A stretch of 64,000 nucleotides of DNA from positions 124,001 through 188,000 of the forward strand of contig NIVC01001430.1 of the NCBI GenBank assembly GCA_002269645.1, written 5' to 3'. This document shows, piece after piece, positions 42,580-61,775 of this stretch (positions are counted from its first letter, which is position 1; every line of letters begins with the position of its first letter). The notes under the pieces were generated by a model. That model worked only from the letters and a program-made list of their open reading frames with translations, was not told where the DNA came from and made no database searches. This stretch comes from Macrostomum lignano (lineage: Eukaryota). Both the position numbers and the translations under genes were made by a program.

Positions 42580-43093
42580 GTCACGTGACTCATTGATATC
42601 GTTAGTAAAGTCACGTGACTCATTGATATCGTTAGTAAAGTCACGTGACTCATTGATATCGTTAGTAAAGTCACGTGACTCATTGGGGGCGTTAGTAAAG
42701 TCACGTGACTCATTGGTGTTGTTAGTAAAGTCACGTGACTCATTGGGGGCGTTAGTAAAGTCACGTGACTCATTGATATCGTTAGTAAAGTCACGTGACT
42801 CATTGGGGCGTTAGTAAAGTCACGTGACTCATTGGTGTTGTTAGTAAAGTCACGTGACTCATTGGGGGCGTTAGTAAAGTCACGTGACTCTGGTGTCGTT
42901 AGTAAAGTCACGTGACTCATTGGTGTCGTTAGTAAAGTCACGTGACTCATTGGGGGCGTTAGTAAAGTCACGTGACTCTGGTGTCGTTAGTAAAGTCACG
43001 TGACTCATTGGTGTCGTTAGTAAAGTCACGTGACTCATTGGGGCGTTAGTAAAGTCACGTGACTCATTGATATCGTTAGTAAAGTCACGTGAC
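42580..43093. repeat. ~30-bp minisatellite carrying 18 copies of the GTCACGTGAC palindrome (CLEAR/E-box), 15 extended to TGACTCA (AP-1)
   Basis: Unit GTTAGTAAAGTCACGTGACTCATTG plus a 4-5 variable-base segment; copies counted directly. Confidence 0.95.
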
Positions 43094-43754
43094 AACTTTA
43101 GATTTTATTTTGTATTAACTACAATTGAATGCCATTTATTTAGGCCTATAGGTTTATGAGAGTCTATCTAGATATTCCAACAGAGTCATTTATGCTCTGA
43201 TACAGCTAAACACCCGCTATTGTTTTATTAATATCAAATATTGCTTTTTTGAACTTCTCGTGACCTTTTTTGACCTTTTTCACAGCTGCGACTTTCTATT
43301 GGCATACAGCTTAGTTCTGTATAGTACATTTACGCCTTACTTTTGAACCCTATTAAGAGCTGTACACACGCATGCTGGTGGCAGTAAAGCCAGAGAGAAC
43401 CAATTGATACAAAATTAGTTAATTTGCTTCTCAACATTATTTAAGCAGCTTGCCATTATATCTACTTATTCTCATTATTTTTGGTGTTTCACATCTAAAC
43501 AAGTTATATAACTCTCACCGTCACACTATGTAATGCTGGAAACTGGATGTATTTACTATTTGCTTTTAAACAAAAGACAAATCTTATTTGTTGAGAAAGT
43601 AAAATAAATTTCTGTTTTTTTACCTAACGTTTAATGAGTTTTAATTAAAAATAGACTGTAAATTAATCGGTGAACAGGTGTCTTCATTCGCCGTTTTAAC
43701 AAATATTTCATTATCTGACTACTTAGAGTAACCTTGTCGCGTTTGTTTGTTTGA

Positions 43755-44915
43755 GGTGGGCGCCCCTGTCTCTGAGGTAAGTGCCCCTGTCTCTGAGTTG
43801 GGCGCCCTGTCTCTGAGTTGGGCGCCCTGTCTCTGAGTTGGGCGCCCTGTCTCTGAGTTGGGCGCCCTGTCTCTGAGTTGGGCGCCCCTGTCTCTGAGGT
43901 GAGTGACCCTTTCTCTGAGTTGGGCGCCCCTGTCTCTTAGTTGGCGCCCCTGTCTCTGAGGTGAGCGACTCTGTATCTGAGGTGAGTGCCCCTGTCTCTT
44001 AGTTGGCGCCCCTGTCTCTGAGGTGAGTGCCCCTGTCTCTTAGTTGGCGCCCCTGTCTCTGAGTTGGGCGCCCCTGTCTCTGAGGTGAGTGACCCTTTCT
44101 CTGAGTTGGGCGCCCCTGTCTCTTAGTTGGCGCCCCTGTCTCTGAGGTGAGCGACTCTGTATCTGAGGTGAGTGCCCCTGTCTCTTAGTTGGCGCCCCTG
44201 TCTCTGAGGTGAGTGCCCCTGTCTCTTAGTTGGCGCCCCTGTCTCTGAGGTGAGCGACTCTGTATCTGAGGTGAGTGCCCCTGTCTCTTAGTTGGCGCCC
44301 CTGTCTCTGAGGTGAGTGCCCCTGTCTCTTAGTTGGCGCCCCTGTCTCTGAGGTGAGTGCCCCTGTCTCTTAGTTGGCGCCCCTGTCTCTGAGGTGAGCG
44401 ACTCTGTATCTGAGGTGAGTGCCCCTGTCTCTTAGTTGGCGCCCCTGTCTCTGAGGTGAGTGCCCCTGTCTCTTAGTTGGCGCCCCTGTCTCTGAGGTGA
44501 GCGACTCTGTATCTGAGGTGAGTGCCCCTGTCTCTTAGTTGGCGCCCCTGTCTCTGAGGTGAGTGCCCCTGTCTCTTAGTTGGCGCCCCTGTCTCTGAGG
44601 TGAGCGACTCTGTATCTGAGGTGAGTGCCCCTGTCTCTTAGTTGGCGCCCCTGTCTCTGAGGTGAGTGCCCCTGTCTCTTAGTTGGCGCCCCTGTCTCTA
44701 AGGTGAGTGTCCCTGTCTCTTGGCTGGCGCCCCTGTCTATTGGTTGGCGCCCTTCTCTCTGAGGTTTAGCCCCTGTCTCTGAGTTGGGCGCCCTGTCTCT
44801 GAGGTGAGCGCCCCTGTCGAGGTGGGCGCCCCTGTCTCTGAGGTGAACGACTCTGTCTCTAAGTTGGGCGCCTCTGTCTCTGAGGTGGGCGCCCCTGTCT
44901 GAGGTGGGCGCCCCG
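43755..44915. repeat. GC-rich ~19-21-bp minisatellite built on GGCGCCCCTGTCTCTGAGGTGAGTGCCCCTGTCTCTTAGTT
   Basis: Direct reading; composite higher-order units. Confidence 0.93.
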
Positions 44916-45377
44916 GCCACCCGCGCTTAACGTGTTTTAAAATATTAACTTTCCCGAAGGCACTTCGCATTCCATGAAAAAGCCAATAGCCAAGCTTTAA
45001 CGAACTACATGTAAACAGTCTCACTCACTGCTCAATTCTGAAACCTTATCAACAGTTAGTGAATTTCTATGAAACATCAAATATTTCAACTACGAGCTGC
45101 ACGGTAAGGGGAAGGCAAAATGTTGCAAGTGCTATATGCAACTCGCGCATGTGAGCAGTTCCATGCTCCAATGTACTCGCGGGCTAGGGTAGGCAATGAA
45201 AGGCATTTTGTAAGTTTAGAAAGATAAGAAAGATTTTAAAAATCTGCACATGTACAAAAAAGTATAAAAAACATGCAAGTTTTTAGTGTGCTATTAAAAT
45301 TTGTCATCCTTAATATTGATGGGAATCACGTGCAGTCTCTTGAGTTACTGGCTATATGACAAGATCTCTGTAGCCCT

Positions 45378-47242
45378 ATGTCTCCTGGAAGAAGAGCACT
45401 AATAAGAGTATTCATAGTTTTATTGATTCTGCAGCCATGGTGCCAGAGCTTGTTTCTGGACTCTGCTGCTGCCAACCAGAACTGGCTGAGCAATGCGCAG
45501 CCACTGACTGGAGGAGTCACGGTGAGATGGAGCTGTTTTTGTGTTCTCTTGAATCACATCCATTCACCAAATTTAAAGAAATCACAACCCTATTACTAAC
45601 TTTACAGAAATCGCATCTATTCACCAACTCGAGAAATCACATCTATTCACCAACTCGAGAAATCACATCTATTCACCAACTTGAGAAATCGCATCTATTC
45701 ACCAACTCGAGAAATCGCATCTATTCACCAACTTGAGAAATCACATCTATTCACCAAGTTGAGAAATCACATCTATTCACCAACTCGAGAAATCGCATCT
45801 ATTCACCAAGTCGAGAAATCACATCTATTCACCAACTTGAGAAATCACATCTATTCACCAAGTTGAGAAATCACATCTACTCACTAACTTGAGAAATCAC
45901 ATCTATTCACCAACTCGAGAAATCACATCTATTCACCAAGTTGAGAAATCACATCTATTCACCAACTTGAGAAATCACATCTACTCACTAACTTGAGAAA
46001 TCACATCTATTCACCAAGTTGAGAAATCACATCTATTCACCAAGTTGAGAAATCACATCTATTCACCAACTCGAGAAATCACATCTATTCACCAAGTTGA
46101 GAAATCACATCTATTCACCAACTCGAGAAATCACATCTATTCACCAACTTGAGACAAACATATCCATTCTTTAGAGAACTACCATGGAGCCAATGGAAAA
46201 TTTCACCGGAAGTACTCGTACGTCTGAAGCAACGGAAACTGCCACCGGAAGTACATCTGAAACAATGGAAACTGCCACCGGAAGTACATCTGAAACAAGG
46301 GAAACTGCCACCGGAAGTACATCTGAAACAAGGGAAACTGCCACCGGAAGTACATCTGAAACAAGGGAAACTGCCACCGGAAGTACATCTGAAACAATGG
46401 AAACTGCCACCGGAAGTACATCTGAAACAATGGAAACTGCCACCGGAAGTACATCTGAAACAAGGGAAACTGCCACCGGAAGTACATTGGAACCAACAGA
46501 AACTGCCACCGGAAGTAAATCTGAAACAACGGAAATTGCCACCGGAAGTACATCTGAAACAATGGAAACTGCCACCGGAAGTACATTGGAACCAACAGAA
46601 ACTGCCACCGGAAGTACATCTGAAACAACGGAAATTGCCACCGGAAGTACGGCTACGACAACAAAAACTACATTCGGGACCACAGCTCAACAAACGGCCA
46701 CTTTCACAACAACAATAGGCTTATTAACGGCTACTCCCACCATCAGGATGACTGCGACAACAACAGGACCCACGCTTCAACCGCACACGAGGTCCACCTT
46801 CCAGACTTCGTCGGAGGCTTCCACAACCATTCAGTCTTTAACCGGTTCTACCGTTGCTGGAACCACCGAAAGCACCATCGAAATCACACCCGGAAGCACC
46901 GCTGGAAGCACCTCCGGCAGCACCTCCAGAAGAACCACCGGAAGCACCTCCGGCAGCACCTCCGGAAGAACCACCGGAAGCACCTCTGGCAGCACCTCCA
47001 GAGGAACCACCGGAAGCTCCACCGGAAGCACCACTGGAAGCACCCTGTCAACGGAAGCTTCCACAATGGAAGCGTCGACAACAGACTCGGAGCTGGAAGG
47101 CAGTCCAGAACGCAGTCCCCGACTATTGGCCATCATCGGTGGCGCGGTGCTGGCGCTAATGTCGCTGACGGCGTCGGTGCTGCTGATTCTATTCGCAACT
47201 TCTCGTCGGCGACGTCGGAGAAGGTGCGAAAATGCGGCCTGA
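45378..47242 (+). CDS. Putative type I transmembrane mucin-like glycoprotein, ~403 aa; exons 45378-45521 and 46175-47242 (3' end may be spliced at 47223/47224)
   Basis: Exon 1 encodes a signal peptide (MSPGRRALIRVFIVLLILQPWCQS) and ends ACG|GTGAGA in phase 0. Acceptor TTCTTTAG|AGA is in frame with the T/S/E-rich ORF. 11-aa and 12-aa tandem repeats, TM helix LLAIIGGAVLALMSLTASVLLILFAT, then a poly-Arg stop-transfer segment. Confidence 0.72.
45604..46153. repeat. 26-bp minisatellite (GAGAAATCACATCTATTCACCAACTC/T)n in the mucin-like gene intron
   Basis: Direct reading. Confidence 0.95.
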
Positions 47243-47347
47243 AGATTCTTGTTGGGACATTCGCACGATACTACTGTAAAGCATAGATGTGTAAGCTGTA
47301 ATCTCTACATGTATTCTACAAGTGCTACTTAGAGAGCGCTATTGTGT

Positions 47348-48510
47348 ACATAAAACTCCCCTCTGATGCTTTTGTGTTACTAAAATTCCCCTCTGACACT
47401 TTTGTGCAACTAAAATTCCCCTCTGATGCTTTTGCGTTACTAAAATTCCCCTCTAATGCTTTTGTGCAACTAAAACTCCCCTCTAATGCTTTTGTGCAAC
47501 TAAAATTCCCCTCTGATGCTTTTGTGTTACTAAAATTCCCCTCTAATGCTTTTGTGCAACTAAAATTCCCCTCTGATGCTTTTGTGTTACTAAAATTCCC
47601 CTCTAATGCTTTTGTGCAACTAAAATTCCCCCCTGATGCTTTTGTGTTACTAAAATTCCCCTCCGACGCTTTTGTATCACTAAAATTCCCTTCTGACGCT
47701 TTTGTGCAACTAAAATTCCCCTCTGATGCTTTTGTGCTACTAAAATCCCCCCCTGACGCTTTTGTGCGACTAAAATTTCCCTCTGATGCTTTTGTGTAAC
47801 TTAAATTCCCCCCTGATGCTTTTGTGTAACTTAAATTCCCCTCTGATGCTTTTGTGCAACTAAAAGTCCCCTCTGATGCTTTTGTGTTACTAAAATTCCC
47901 CTCTAATGCTTTTGTGCAACTAAAATTCCCCCCTGATGCTTTTGTGTTACTAAAATTCCCCTCCGACGCTTTTGTATCACTAAAATTCCCTTCTGACGCT
48001 TTTGTGCAACTAAAATTCCCCTCTGATGCTTTTGTGCTACTAAAATCCCCCCCTGACGCTTTTGTGCGACTAAAATTTCCCTCTGATGCTTTTGTGTTAC
48101 TAAAATTCCCCTCTGATGCTTTTGTGTAACTTAAATTCCCCCCTGATGCTTTTGTGTAACTTAAATTCCCCTCTGATGCTTTTGTGCAACTAAAATTCCC
48201 CTCTGATGCTTTTGTGTTACTAAAATTCCCCTCTAATGCTTTTGTGCAACTAAAATTCCCCCCTGATGCTTTTGTGTTACTAAAATTCCCCTCCGACGCT
48301 TTTGTATCACTAAAATTCCCTTCTGACGCTTTTGTGCAACTAAAATTCCCCTCTGATGCTTTTGTGCTACTAAAATCCCCCCTGACGCTTTTGTGCGACT
48401 AAAATTTCCCTCTGATGCTTTTGTGTAACTTAAATTCCCCCCTGATGCTTTTGTGTAACCTAAATTCCCCTCTGATGCTTTTGTGCAACTAAAATTCCCC
48501 TTTGATGCTT
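47348..48510. repeat. 30-bp minisatellite (CTAAAATTCCCCTCTGATGCTTTTGTGCAA)n
   Basis: 10-aa period in the ORF track. Confidence 0.95.
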
Positions 48511-49033
48511 AATGTGTCTTGCGCTTATGTCAAAAGCAAAAGTACAAAATGAACATATATATTTGCTTAAGTCTTTCAATTTGCTTATTACTATTTAATA
48601 TTTGGTTTAAATAGCAATGCACTTTACACTCAGATTCTTCGCCCATATGCACATGTAGGGACTGTAGGCTAGCAATCCAAGTTCCTAGGAGCCAAGGCAA
48701 CGCAATTTGAAATTGTCCCACAAGTCTGTCACTATGTCGATGAAACTGACAGTTTGGGTTGAAAGTCAAAGATTGTCGAAATTTCTTCTTTACTTTCGAG
48801 AGCCCCATTGAGTTGCTTCTCGAGTGGCGTGAGCGAGACTTCAACTGCTCACTTGACAGCGCAAACTGCTTGGGCTTGCGTGCTGGTTTATAAAAGTGCA
48901 AAATAAGAGGCGATCTAAATTTGGACAAAGAATTCCATCTGATTGCAGAATTGGTTAACCTTGAAGGTGTGTTAAACTTCAGTAAAGCAGGTGAGTTAGC
49001 CTTAGAAAATCAGTGTTCGGTATAGAGTCCTGT

Positions 49034-49630
49034 AGATGGGTCAGCCTCGGGTCATGCAGATGGGTCAGCCTCGGGTCATGCAGATGGGTCAGACTCTGGG
49101 TCATGCAGATGGGTCAGCCTCGGGTCATGTAGATGAGTCAGCCTCTGGTCATGCAGATGGGTCAGCCTCGGGTCATGCAAATGGGTCAGCCTCGGGTCAT
49201 GCAAATGGGTCAGCCTCGGGTCATGCAAATGGGTCAGCCTCGGGTCATGCAAATGGGTCAGCCTCGGGTCATGCAAATGGGTCAGCCTCGGGTCATGCAG
49301 ATGGGTCAGCCTCGGGTCATGCAAATGGGTCAGCCTCGGGTCATGCAAATGGGTCAGCCTCGGGTCATGCAAATGGGTCAGCCTCGGGTCATGCAAATGG
49401 GTCAGCCTCGGGTCATGCAAATGGGTCAGCCTCGGGTCATGCAAATGGGTCAGCCTCGGGTCATGCAAATGGGTCAGCCTCGGGTCATGCAGATGGGTCA
49501 GCCTCGGGTCATGCAGATGGGTCAGCCTCGGGTCATGCAAATGGGTCAGCCTCGGGTCATGCAAATGGGTCAGCCTCGGGTCATGCAAATGGGTCAGCCT
49601 CGGGTCATGCAGATGGGTCATCCTCTGGTC
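49034..49630. repeat. 24-bp minisatellite (GGGTCAGCCTCGGGTCATGCAAAT)n
   Basis: 8-aa period in several frames. Confidence 0.96.
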
Positions 49631-50204
49631 ATCCTATGCAAATGGGACTGCAGCCTGATCGAGTTATACCACATTAATCGGTCGGCAATGGCCCCCTCAT
49701 GCAGCACCTCACTTTGTCGCCAGTCTGTCTGTCCAGTTCGCTTGGGCAGTTTTTTCGTCCATTTTTCCATCAATTTGCAAATTTTCAGTTTCTAAGAAAA
49801 GCAAAAGAAGCGCGGGGAACAGCAGGCCCCGAGGCATGCATCAAGTCGTCAGGTCGATCTTCTCCATGTAATGACAGTCCGCAACAAACGATGGGTGTTC
49901 GGCTTTTTTTAACTGAGGCCACAGCCGGTCTCAATAATCACAGAGGTACATGTATCGTGCAGGTGGACTCCAGCCTTCAATTTTTCAGCTTTCGAGTTAG
50001 CATGTGCAGCCATAATTACATGGCATGGGACTCTTTATCGGCTGCATCCCTGCCTTGCCATCAGAGAAGTGGATATCTTTGACTCGAGTCTTAATTGGCT
50101 TTTAAATCGCTTCACTCTTGCTGGGCATTCTTCCTCTCGGTCTGTGGGGAATTTATTCCCCTTTTCTATGGGGATTCTTGTTGAGTTTGTGGGGATTTCT
50201 CTTG

Positions 50205-51652
50205 CTCTCCGTCTCAATCGGTGGGGGAATTCTCCGTCTCAATCGGTGGGGGAATTCTCCGTCTCAATCGGTGGGGGAATTCTCCGTCTCAATCGGTGGG
50301 GGAATTCTCCGTCTTAATCGGTGGGGAATTCTCCGTCTCAATCGGTGGGGGAATTCTCCGTCTCAATCGGTGAGGGAATTCTCCGTCTCAATCGGTGGGG
50401 GAATTCTCCGTCTTAATCGGTGGGGGAATTCTCCGTCTTAATCGGTGGGGGAATTCTCCGTCTCAATCGGTGGGGGAATTCTCCGTCTTAATCGGTGGGG
50501 GAATTCTCCGTCTCAATCGGTGGGGGAATTCTCCGTCTCAATCGGTGGGGGAATTCTCCGTCTCAATCGGTGGGGAATTCTCCGTCTCAATCGGTGAGGG
50601 AATTCTCCGTCTCAATCGGTGGGGGAATTCTCCGTCTCAATCGGTGGGGGAATTCTCCGTCTCAATCGGTGGGGGAATTCTCCGTCTCAATCGGTGAGGG
50701 AATTCTCCGTCTCAATCGGTGGGGGAATTCTCCGTCTTAATCGGTGGGGGAATTCTCCGTCTTAATCGGTGGGGGAATTCTCCGTCTCAATCGGTGGGGG
50801 AATTCTCCGTCTTAATCGGTGGGGGAATTCTCCGTCTCAATCGGTGGGGAATTCTCCGTCTTAATCGGTGGGGGAATTCTCCGTCTCAATCGGTGGGGGA
50901 ATTCTCCGTCTCAATCGGTGAGGGAATTCTCCGTCTCAATCGGTGGGGAATTCTCCGTCTTAATCGGTGGGGGAATTCTCCGTCTTAATCGGTGGGGGAA
51001 TTCTCCGTCTCAATCGGTGGGGAATTCTCCGTCTTAATCGGTGGGGGAATTCTCCGTCTCAATCGGTGGGGAATTCTCCGTCTCAATCGGTGGGGGAATT
51101 CTCCGTCTCAATCGGTGAGGGAATTCTCCGTCTCAATCGGTGGGGGAATTCTCCGTCTCAATCGGTGGGGGAATTCTCCGTCTCAATCGGTGGGGGAATT
51201 CTCCGTCTCAATCGGTGAGGGAATTCTCCGTCTCAATCGGTGGGGGAATTCTCCGTCTTAATCGGTGGGGGAATTCTCCGTCTTAATCGGTGGGGGAATT
51301 CTCCGTCTCAATCGGTGGGGGAATTCTCCGTCTTAATCGGTGGGGGAATTCTCCGTCTCAATCGGTGGGGGAATTCTCCGTCTTAATCGGTGGGGGAATT
51401 CTCCGTCTCAATCGGTGGGGGAATTCTCCGTCTCAATCGGTGAGGGAATTCTCCGTCTCAATCGGTGGGGGAATTCTCCGTCTTAATCGGTGGGGGAATT
51501 CTCCGTCTTAATCGGTGGGGGAATTCTCCGTCTCAATCGGTGGGGGAATTCTCCGTCTTAATCGGTGGGGGAATTCTCCGTCTCAATCGGTGGGGGAATT
51601 CTCCGTCTCAATCGGTGGGGGAATTCTCCGTCTTAATCGGTGGGGGAATTCT
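50205..51652. repeat. 25-bp minisatellite (TCTCCGTCTCAATCGGTGGGGGAAT)n
   Basis: 25-aa (3-unit) period in the ORF track. Confidence 0.96.
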
Positions 51653-53314
51653 ACATCCCTTTACATAGGGAATTTTGTCCATAATTCTGTTTCATATTTT
51701 GGCAGAATTTATCTAAAAATGAGCAAGACCAGCAAACAAGGTGAATAACTTTATAATCGCATTTACAATAGACTTATAGTAAGTACACGGGTATAAACTT
51801 TCCAGTGTTCTCAATTTTATTCCTTTATTTTTTGTTTTTATTTATAACCAAAATCGGCTCGACTGGTCATTGAAAAAGTCATTCCATTTTGAGAATAGAA
51901 TTAATTAATGTCAGGGTATACAGTTGTGAAAAAGCCTGTTTAAGATAAGCGATAATAACAATATTGTGTAACTATAATTCATGCTCAGTGAGCGATAATT
52001 GTTAGTCTCAGTGATCCACTGTTGGCGTCCAGCCATTCATAAAATTGAAATTCAAATTCACAAACAAAGAGTGGCATTAATCATAACAAAAACTGTCAAT
52101 TTGACTCCGGTTAAGGAGGCCAATATTCTGGTTATTAAGATAATGTTGTTACCATTAGTAATTCCGACATTATAACACAATGCATGCTTTAATAATAGTT
52201 ATTAAACTTCACCATTATAAGTGTGCAGTGCAAATTATGATTATTATGACTATTATTATAAAATTAAAAAATCGCTTCCAAGTCAAATAGTATAACAAAT
52301 AAATTAAATTCGAGAGCGCACAGTTGTATAAACTAAAGCAGACAGGCAAATCAACACTTAAGTTAGATTTAGCGAAATTAAACAAATTCAAATCAATGAA
52401 GAGTCTTTGTGCGAAAAACTCCTATAGAAAAGTTTTAACCTCTCTAAAGCCACTTTGAAGTTATATGTAAATCATAGTATTATTATTTGAGTCTGAGATG
52501 ATTGGTAATTGCAGTTAAATTATCACTACTTTATTCGATTCAATATAACAATAAATATTAATCATATTATTAATAACTCGAACAAAAGTGCTCACATATA
52601 AAGATCAAAGATATTGTGAATTATAATATAATATATCTAGATATCAACTCTGCCAAGAGGCTCCATCATATAAACAACAAATAACTGTGCAAGTGCGCCA
52701 GAAAAAACTTCTGATTTTTAAATAAAAAACTCTTAAATAATGTCGTTTGTTATAATAATATTAATAATAATATTAAAACAATTTTTTGGTTTGATGCACA
52801 TTATTTTATGTTAAAAATCTTGAATTGATAAAACACAACACACTTCTTTCATTATTAATAAGAGACACAAGCAACAAATGGAAACAAAGCAATGACTAGC
52901 TTATAAATAGAAATATATAAAACACGTGACTCAATATTCCATATATAATAATAATTATTGCACAGGTAAGAAGCTGTACTTGCCGTTTACTAAGACAGAC
53001 AGGTAGCGCAGCTGATGAGGCTATTATTGCAATTATTATTGCTCTATAAGTGTACTATATGATAGATAAGTGTATAAAGCATAACAATAGCTTACAATAA
53101 GAATAAAATAGAACACTAGCATTTCTAATCTCAGGTGCTTGACAACAATTAGCAACAACAGAGATTTGAGTAGGAGAGGGTCGAGAGGGAGGGAGGCCGA
53201 TTGGAGATGGGGGGGGCAGATCTCTGTTCCAGATTCATTCAGTCATGCCAACAACAGGTAGAGATAGAACTGCCAGTTACATTATTAATAATAATTTTTA
53301 TTGCACTCTAGCAT

Positions 53315-59401
<6,087 letters not shown>

Positions 59402-59919
59402 CGCTGCGAGTTCGCGTTATACCAACTGGTCTAGCACTGGTAGTGGATCAAAGAAACAATTACAGAGAAATTAATTAATCGAAGACAGGATTTGCTTCGA
59501 ATAATGCTGGAAAAAACACGGAAAAATTGTTTATATAAAAATACTTGCAATCAACTCTGCATGGTATTGAAAAACCAGTTAGTTATTCAACAATTTTTGA
59601 ACGTTTTTTTCTCTCTCTCTCAAACTATAAATTAGCCTATATAGAGTTTCCAAATAGATAGCTAGCTTAGTCTCAGTTCCTTTCGCGAGAGGCTCTTATT
59701 TAAAGAACAGACACACACAGAGAGGGACAGAGAGAACTGTAGAGAAAGAGGGGAAAGCAGAATAGGGAAGCAGTTGAATTGCTGGTGTACACACGGGGAA
59801 GAGAGAGGGAGAGAGAAAAAAGAAGATACAACAGATCCTTGGGGGATGGGATACAGATGGAGAGGAGAGGAGGGATGGGGCGGGGGCACAACTGAACGCA
59901 CGCAGACGACCGCCGCTCG

Positions 59920-59994
<75 letters not shown>

Positions 59995-60100
59995 CCTCTC
60001 AAATGCTCGCTCGGGTCGAAAACCCAGCCAGCCGAGTTCAAGATCTAAGAGAGAGAGAGAACAGGAAAAGAAGACGGAGATGAAGAGAGAGAGAGAGAGA
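59920..60100. repeat. (CT)n and (GA)n dinucleotide tracts upstream of the G-beta ATG
   Basis: Direct reading. Probably in the 5' UTR, intron or promoter of G-beta. Confidence 0.9.
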
Positions 60101-60699
60101 GATAAGACGCACAGGACAGGGAGCACCGGAAGACAGACGTGGGGCGTGTCGGAGACGCCACAACCCCCTCCATCCATCCTAGCCATCAGTTCAGACCTCA
60201 GGCCTTCAGGCCTCGCCAACTACAGCAAGGCATTACAGGGCGGGGCGCAGTGTGCGGCAGAGAGGCTGGGTGGAGGATGGAGAGAAGCATTTCAAGCAAG
60301 AAAGAGGCAGCAACGGCGGCGGCGGCGGCAGTAGCAGTTGAGGGGGGGCAAGAAAGGAACATGCAAAAATAAGACGCATGGCATGGCATGAAAGAATGGC
60401 TCCGGTTGCTGCTGGAGCAGATGCGCAGTGGCAGCCCCACCCATGCAGGACAGGGGGGGGGGGGCTTACCCCGCCCAAAACCTGGGCAATTGCCGGTCAA
60501 ATTATCGTTTCATTAAATCCCAGAAATTTCAATTTTCATTTGCGCTTTCAGCGTGGAGGACAGCCGTTTGTCGGCCCAATCTAACACTAACTTCATCCTA
60601 TTCCGGAGTGCGTTAACAAGGGCTTAGCTAACTATTACCAATGAGATTGAAGATTTTGGGATAGCGAACTCTTTGGACCTGTGAAGGTTTGAGATTCTG

Positions 60700-61775
60700 A
60701 AGTTGTTGATTGCGAATGTTGAGAATTGTGAATAAATGGGACCGTAAGTGCAGGGGATCACGAATGTAGGGGATCGCAAACATAGAGGATCGTGAATTCT
60801 AGCGATCATGAATTTAAGGGATTGTGCATTCAAAAAGATTGTGAATTCAGACAATCGTGAATGAAGACAATCGTGAATGCAGGGGATCGTGAATCTAGGG
60901 GATTTTGAATGTGGGGGATCGTGAATGTAGAAAATTCTGAATGTAGGGGATCGTGAATGCTGACAACTGTGACTGTAGGGGATCGTGAATGTAGAAAATT
61001 GTGAATGCAGGGGATCGTGAATGTGGGGTATCGTGAATGTAGGGGATCGTGAATGTTGGGGATTTTGAATGTAAGGGATTCTGATCTGAATGTAGGGGAT
61101 CGTGAATGTAGACAATTGTGAATGTAGACAATTGTGAATGTAGACAATTGTGAATGTAGACAATTGTGAATGTAGGGGATCGTGAATGTAGACAATTGTG
61201 AATGCAGGGGATCGTGAATGCAGGGGATTGCGAATGCGTGGTATCCTCAATGTAGGGGATTGTGAATGTAGACAATTGTGAATGCAGGGGATCGTGAATG
61301 CAGGGGATTGCGAATGCGTGGTATCCTCAATGTAGGGGATCGTGAATGTAGACAATTGTGAATGCAGGGGATCGTGAATGCAGGGGATTGCGAATGCGGG
61401 GTATCGTAAATGTAGGGAATCGTGAATGTAGGGGATCGTGAATGTAGACAATCGTGAATGTAGACAATCGTGAATGTAGACAATCGTGAATGTAGGGGAT
61501 CGTGAATGTGAACAATTCTGAATGTAGACAATTGTAAATGCAGAGGATCGTGAATGCAAGGGATTGCGAATGCAGGGTATCGTAAATGTAGGGAATCGTG
61601 AATGTAGGGGATCGTGAATGTAGACAATCGTGAATGTAGGGGATCGTGAATGTAAACAATTCTAAATGTAGACAATTGTGAATGTAGGGAATTGTGAATT
61701 CAGAAGATCGTGAATGCAGGGGATCGTGAATGTAGAGAATTGTGAATTCAGATGATCGTGAATGCAGGGGATTGT
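60700..61775. repeat. Degenerate ~16-bp minisatellite (TCGTGAATGTAGGGGA / TTGTGAATGTAGACAA)n
   Basis: Direct reading. Confidence 0.92.

Noticed and set aside
48530-48990. 132-aa minus-strand ORF (..MGLSKVKKKFRQSLTF..) and a possible 42-nt plus-strand exon at 48949-48990
   Set aside because: No recognisable family. The plus-strand exon is not phase-compatible with the candidate mucin donor except as an immediate stop. Needs RNA-seq.
49036-51748. GHANGSAS, THLHDPRL and GEFSVSIGG repeat ORFs
   Set aside because: Translations of 24-bp and 25-bp minisatellites in multiple frames.
59662-61675. ORFs with RERERE, SLSLSL and HSRSPTFTIP repeats
   Set aside because: Products of (CT)n/(GA)n tracts and a 16-bp minisatellite upstream of G-beta.
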